From a virus (lineage: Duplodnaviria; Heunggongvirae; Uroviricota; Caudoviricetes): 64,000 bases of DNA. Positions 59,125 to 64,000 of this stretch are shown here, piece by piece. Numbering within the stretch: position 1 is the stretch's first letter; each line of letters begins with the position of its first letter. The notes under the pieces were generated by a model. It did no database searches. It worked only from the letters and a program-made list of their open reading frames with translations, and was not told the origin of the DNA. The stretch lies in the IMG/VR virus record IMGVR_UViG_649989924_000003; one strand, 5' to 3'. The position numbers and the translations under genes were made by a program.

Positions 59125-61039
59125 GCATTATGATAACAAACCTCAAGAACCTATGAATATCTTTAAAAACAATGAAGAGAGATTTAGAGAAGATATGAAG
59201 TCAGTTAAGGGAATAGGTGATAAAAAAATTCAAAAGGCCTATGAGAAACATAAAAAATATATTGCAGTTGATGCTCTTTATTTTAAATTTGCAAGATTCA
59301 ATCTTTCATTGTCAAAGGCTCTTAAACTTATTAAAAAGTGGGGAAGTGCAGCAGCCGATATTATTGATGAGAATGTTTATCAGTTAATTCATATTGATGG
59401 TTTCTCATTTGAAACAATTGATAGAATTGGATTAGGATATTATAAGTTTGATAAAAAGGATGGAAGGAGAATAGAAGCATATCTTATTCAAATTCTAAAA
59501 AATGCTGCATCAGGAAAAGGAGACTGTTTTTTGCCATTAGAAGGACAGGAAGGTCTTATTGCTCAGGCACAATTAGGCTTAAATATATCAGATAATCTTA
59601 TTAGAGAAAAAGTCATTGACCTTATCTATAAACAAAAGCTGTACAAAAGATTATATGAAGGCAATATAGTTATATATCTTCCTCATATTTATAAAGCTGA
59701 AAAAACTGTTGTGCAAATAGTTTCATCTGCAATACATAAGAATAAAGTTATCAAAGAAGATAAAGTTGATATGATAATTGCTGATTATGAAAAGAGAAAA
59801 GGCTTTACTCTTGCAAACAAACAGAAGGAAAGTATTAAAACCTCATGTATTAATCAGTTTAGCATAATATCTGGTCCACCTGGTTCTGGCAAAACAACAA
59901 TTGTTGATGTCATATGTGAAGTTTTTAGAAGGCATAAAAAAACATGTAATATCAAATTGGCTGCCTTGGCTGGGAAAGCAGCAACACGAATGGCTGAAAC
60001 AACAGGGATAGAAGCCAGTACAATTCATAGATTGCTAGGATATAATCCAGACACTGGATGGACATATAATGAAAAAAATCAGTTGCCAAATGTTGACTTG
60101 CTAATTATTGATGAGTTTTCTATGGTTGACATTCTTCTGTTTGAGAAATTGATGAAAGCTGTCTCAAGAGATACCGTTGTGATTTGTGTAGGAGATAAAG
60201 ACCAGTTACCATCAGTGGATTGTGGACAGGTTTTAGAAGACTTAATTGATGTTCCTTATATTCCTAAGACCATTCTAGAAGAAATCTATAGACAAAAAAA
60301 GGATAGCACCATTTTAAAAAGAGCTCTTGCATTTAATAAAGAACAAATTCCCTCTTTAACTGAAGCGAAGGATTTTAAATTTATTTCCTGTGAGGTAAAT
60401 GATATTAAAAAGACTTCAGAGACTGTCTTGGATTTATATGTAAATAAAATTAAGCAATGGGGAATAAAGAACGTCTGTCTCATGGTTCCACAAAATGTCA
60501 AAGAACTAGGAGGAGATATAATGAATCTTCAACTTCAAGGAATTATTAATCCGCCTGATAAAAGCAAAGCTGAAATCAGTAGTGGGCATAAAAGAGTTTT
60601 TAGAGAGGGTGATAGAGTTATCCAGTTGAAGAATATTGAGAATGGGATTTCAAATGGAATGGTTGGAACTGTTATTGAATGTTTTCCTACGGATAGACAT
60701 ATAGCATCAGAAGATAAGTTTACAGTATTATTTGATAATGGAAATGAAAAGACATATGCCAGAGAAGATTTTGATATGTTAAAGCTTGCATATGCATTAA
60801 CTATTCACAAAAGCCAAGGTTCAGAATATAAATGCATCATTATGCTGATGGATGAGCATCAGAGATTTATGATAAGAAAGAAATTAGTCTATACAGGAAT
60901 GACTCGATGTAAAGATGAACTTTTTATCGTTGGACAGGAAAAGATGTTTGAGCATGCCTTGAAAAATAAAGATAAGCGAAGAAATACTATGTTAACTCAC
61001 TTATTTATGGAATATAAAGAAGGAGCCACAATTTCATGA
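59093..61039 (+). CDS. recD2: RecD2-like SF1 DNA helicase
   Basis: Walker A SGPPGSGKTT, Walker B LIIDEFSMVD, VGDKDQLPSV, LTIHKSQGSE. Confidence 0.8.
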   Translation: MEQRQQKRIIEHYDNKPQEPMNIFKNNEERFREDMKSVKGIGDKKIQKAYEKHKKYIAVDALYFKFARFNLSLSKALKLIKKWGSAAADIIDENVYQLIHIDGFSFETIDRIGLGYYKFDKKDGRRIEAYLIQILKNAASGKGDCFLPLEGQEGLIAQAQLGLNISDNLIREKVIDLIYKQKLYKRLYEGNIVIYLPHIYKAEKTVVQIVSSAIHKNKVIKEDKVDMIIADYEKRKGFTLANKQKESIKTSCINQFSIISGPPGSGKTTIVDVICEVFRRHKKTCNIKLAALAGKAATRMAETTGIEASTIHRLLGYNPDTGWTYNEKNQLPNVDLLIIDEFSMVDILLFEKLMKAVSRDTVVICVGDKDQLPSVDCGQVLEDLIDVPYIPKTILEEIYRQKKDSTILKRALAFNKEQIPSLTEAKDFKFISCEVNDIKKTSETVLDLYVNKIKQWGIKNVCLMVPQNVKELGGDIMNLQLQGIINPPDKSKAEISSGHKRVFREGDRVIQLKNIENGISNGMVGTVIECFPTDRHIASEDKFTVLFDNGNEKTYAREDFDMLKLAYALTIHKSQGSEYKCIIMLMDEHQRFMIRKKLVYTGMTRCKDELFIVGQEKMFEHALKNKDKRRNTMLTHLFMEYKEGATIS

Positions 61040-61114
61040 TTATGACAGATACAAAGTTTCTAATAACGAGGAGGAGCCATAAATTCATGAATTTGACATG
61101 TTGGAGGAATAAAA

Positions 61115-61642
61115 ATGAAAAAAAGACTTATTTTGGATTTTGATGGAACTCTGGTTGAATTTAAACCAGTTGAGAGATTAGATGAACTATTGACTCCTGG
61201 ATATTTTTCAAAACTATTTGTTTTTGAGAATGTTGTTTTAGCTATTCAGGAATTATACAAAAGGCATCCAGAAATAGATATACTCATAGGAAGTAAAGTG
61301 CTAGATGCACCACATATTCCAAAAGACAAAGATGTAATTATAGATAAGCACTTGCCATTTATAAATAGAGAAAATAGAATCTATATCCCTTATGATGCTA
61401 AAAAAACCGATTATATACAAATTACGTCTTGTGATTATGTTTTGGATGATTTAACAAAAAACCTTGTAGAGGTTGAAGAGAGTGGGGGACATGGTATCAA
61501 ACTCTTGAATGGAATAAACGCTAATAAAAGAACATGGAAAGGACCAGCTGTACATAAGGATTATCCTTATACGCTTATTGTTGAGCAGCTAGAAATTTAC
61601 ATGAATTTGAAGGAGAAAGAAAATGAAATGGAAAAAGTATAA
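61115..61642 (+). CDS. HAD-family 5'(3')-deoxyribonucleotidase-like hydrolase
   Basis: Motif I ILDFDGTLVEF near N-terminus; ~175 aa. Confidence 0.5.
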   Translation: MKKRLILDFDGTLVEFKPVERLDELLTPGYFSKLFVFENVVLAIQELYKRHPEIDILIGSKVLDAPHIPKDKDVIIDKHLPFINRENRIYIPYDAKKTDYIQITSCDYVLDDLTKNLVEVEESGGHGIKLLNGINANKRTWKGPAVHKDYPYTLIVEQLEIYMNLKEKENEMEKV

Positions 61643-63461
61643 TAAGATAAGTGGATTGCATGTATGTCCTCAAATGGATATGTATCTTACATCTTGTGGA
61701 TTTACCAAGGCATCCGCCTACTACTTAACTCACCCTTGTGAGATGCATGATAAATATCTTCTACACGATTTAAGAGAAGTTGTTCATGCTATTGGGGAGT
61801 TTATTAAAAATAATAAAAAGATAGTTATTATAGGAGATTATGATGCAGATGGAGTGACATCAACAAGCTGCTTATATTTAACTCTAGATTATTGTGGGGC
61901 TTGTGTGGAGTATCTCATTCCACATAGAGTCAAGAATGGATATGGATTAAGTCATGCTTTGGTGGATGATGCTATTGCAATTAATGCTGATGTTATCTTA
62001 ACATGTGATAATGGCATTTCCGCCTTAGAAGCAATCCGATATGCTAAAAGCAAAGGAATCATTGTTATTGTGACAGACCACCATACACCAGGAGAAACTT
62101 TGCCAATTGCAGATTATATTGTTCATCCTGCTTTAGGAGACTATCCATTTTCTAATATAAGTGGATGTCAGACAGCATATAAACTATGCTTAGGTATCAT
62201 TGAAGAGTGCTCCCCATTAAAGGATAAGAAATTAATAAAAAAAGCAATGAGGAGAAAGGAATTCCAATTGAAGGACTATCTGTTTCAGTTGTCAGCAATT
62301 TCTATTGTAACTGATGTTATGCCACTTGCTTCCATTGATGAAGATACAGCAAAAGTCAATGAAAATAGAAAATGGTTAATGGATGGAATTGAAATGATTA
62401 AAAAGAATCCAGATTGGAGAATTCAAATGATGTTAAAAGAACTTGGGGTCAATCAAAAAACATTTGAAGAAACATCAATTGGGTTTTATGTTGGACCGTG
62501 TTTAAATGCAGTTGGAAGGTTAACTGATGCAGGTAAAGCAGTTCAATTTTTAACAGCACAAACTAAAGAGGAAGACAAAAAAAAGATTTTCATTTATGTA
62601 CTATATCAATGAAGAGAGAAAAAGGTAAAGTTGGAGTGCCTAGAAAAAATTCATATGAGTGATAAACATAAGATTAATTTAATTGTCCAAAAGGAACTGC
62701 ATGAAGGGGTACTTGGGATTTTGGCATCTCATTATACAAATCAGAATGGATATCCAACTTTTGTATTGACTGACTGCACAATCGAAAGTGGTCAAAAAGC
62801 TTGGAAAGGTTCAGGAAGAGGAGTAGAAGAACTAAATTTGTATGATATTCTTTCTCAGGTTCAAGATGAAACAGGGACACTCTATACCTTTGGTGGACAT
62901 GCGGGGGCAGTAGGGGTTACTGTTCTGGATGAAAATATTGAACAATTTAAAAGCAAAATAACTGAAATTGTAGAGGACAGACTTGCTCATTCCTCTTATG
63001 CAAAGAATTATATTCAATTGACAACAATTGAACAAAGAAAGGAAATTGCTGAAGCGGTCAAAGAATTAAAGCCTTTTGGAAATGGACTTCGTTTGCCAAT
63101 CGTGGAATTAAGCTATAATGTTAAGGAAATTAATCTGTATTATAAGTCTAAACACGCTAAATTTCTTCATAAGGAACCTGATAAATCAGGAACAAAGACT
63201 ATTTGGAATAATTTTGAATTATGGAACTATGGAGGATTAGAAGAAGCTAAAATACTATGTAATAGAGATTTTGTTTTATCTTTTGACAATGTTCAAAAAC
63301 TTATAAATAATGGAAAAACAGAATCTGAAGCTCAACAGCAAAAATATGAAAAATATATACGAAAAACGAAGGAATCAAGGGTGACATATAAAGTTGAAGT
63401 TGGTTATAGTGATTTTTGTGGAATGGGGCCAAGATTTAATGTTTTAGAGGTTACTTTTTAG
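61623..63461 (+). pseudogene. recJ: recJ-like DHH/DHHA1 ssDNA exonuclease interrupted by a single in-frame TGA (62610-62612)
   Basis: ORF 61623..62612 carries IIGDYDADGVTS and VTDHHTP. ORF 62631..63461 continues in the same frame with DHHA1 FGGHAGAVG. Only a TGA separates them. Confidence 0.6.
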
Positions 63462-63646
63462 TAGCCTTTTTTATATATTAGTAAGGTAATGTACAACTGA
63501 GTAGCATCTGTTTAATAATATATATAGGTTATATATTACACTTCTTAAGATATGTGATACAATAATAATGAAATATATAACGAGCAGAGGATATGTCATG
63601 AAGGCGTATCCTCTTTTGGTTAATAAACAAAAAAGGAGGAAATTTT

Positions 63647-64000
63647 ATGTTAACAGCGTTTGATGAGAAAGCGCAAAAAGCAATTGTCATTGCAGAGAGT
63701 ATTGCTTTTGATTTAGGACATAGTAGTGTAGGAAGTGAACATCTTCTCTTATCTCTTTTGAAGATAAAAGATTGTCCTTTTTCTAAGATATTAAAGACGT
63801 ATCATGTTGATGATGAAATGATATATGAGGATGTTGTAAGGTTGTTTGGTGAAAAAGATATTCAACCTTTTTATATGGAGTACAGTGAAGTCGTAAAGAA
63901 GATTTTAGAAGATGCTATGAGTATGAGTGAAGCGAAAAAAGAAAGTAAAGTTTCTTTGAATACTTTATCAATTGCTATGTTACTACAAAAAGAAGTGTAG
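63647..64000 (+). CDS. Clp ATPase N-domain protein (ClpC/ClpB-like), truncated by window end
   Basis: Clp_N repeat FDEKAQKAIVIAESIAFDLGHSSVGSEHLLLSLL. Confidence 0.6.
   Translation: MLTAFDEKAQKAIVIAESIAFDLGHSSVGSEHLLLSLLKIKDCPFSKILKTYHVDDEMIYEDVVRLFGEKDIQPFYMEYSEVVKKILEDAMSMSEAKKESKVSLNTLSIAMLLQKEV

Noticed and set aside
61623-63461. Hypothesis that the in-frame TGA means an alternative genetic code (TGA=Trp)
   Set aside because: Many ORFs of 300-730 aa elsewhere in the window are free of in-frame TGA under the standard code, so a code-4 genome is unlikely

Overview
This 64-kb window is AT-rich (roughly 30% GC) and looks like accessory DNA from a low-GC Firmicute, probably a sporulating Clostridia or Bacilli relative. 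It is plasmid- or ICE-like rather than core chromosome. No integrase, transposase, phage structural gene or rRNA was seen; in-frame TGA codons are rare, so the standard genetic code applies. From left to right the main blocks are:
- **Edge and cargo genes (1–7.6 kb):** a double-motif LAGLIDADG homing endonuclease running off the left edge, then many small minus-strand cargo genes. Among them are a Panacea-domain protein, a DHH-DHHA1 phosphoesterase and a SLOG/DUF2493 protein.
- **Plus-strand module (7.7–14.3 kb):** topoisomerase III, a lipoprotein, a metallophosphoesterase, signal peptidase I, an FtsH-like AAA protease and an A24 prepilin peptidase.
- **Repeat-bounded module (14.5–27.3 kb):** about 12.3 kb bounded by two direct copies of a 200–270-nt structured, terminator-ended repeat that contains a small Cys/His peptide frame. 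The module carries a NYN-like nuclease, a DEDDh exonuclease, a NorQ/NorD-like AAA+ and vWA pair, an XRE regulator, a nucleotidyltransferase/1TM/PD-(D/E)xK-like operon and a Y-family polymerase.
- **Sir2 and TerD region (27.3–32.9 kb):** a zinc-module-less mini-sirtuin, and a 658-aa TerD-domain fusion protein with a terminator-containing 290-nt leader and a polytopic membrane neighbour.
- **tRNA-His region (32.9–38.1 kb):** a tRNA-His-like gene with a mismatched acceptor end, an HD-GYP protein and a flotillin.
- **tRNA array (38.1–42.0 kb):** about 24 minus-strand tRNAs, including an initiator fMet. Several have unusual C33 anticodon loops, and the array holds a tRNA 3' fragment and a 2-gene insertion.
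- **Replication and DNA-metabolism block (42.2–53.5 kb):** a RepA_N replication initiator, SpoVS-like, PP2C and tandem-SpoVG proteins, a RuvC-like resolvase and a DnaQ-like exonuclease.
- **Repeat-dense control region (53.5–55.9 kb):** 14-bp palindromes, nested inverted repeats and purine tracts.
- **Partition and DNA-processing module (55.9–64 kb):** parA/parB-like genes, a RecD2-like helicase, a HAD deoxyribonucleotidase, a recJ-like gene split by an in-frame TGA, and a Clp N-domain protein cut by the right edge.

A near-identical extended -10 promoter (TTGACTAAT...TGnTATAAT) recurs five times in front of functionally unrelated genes.
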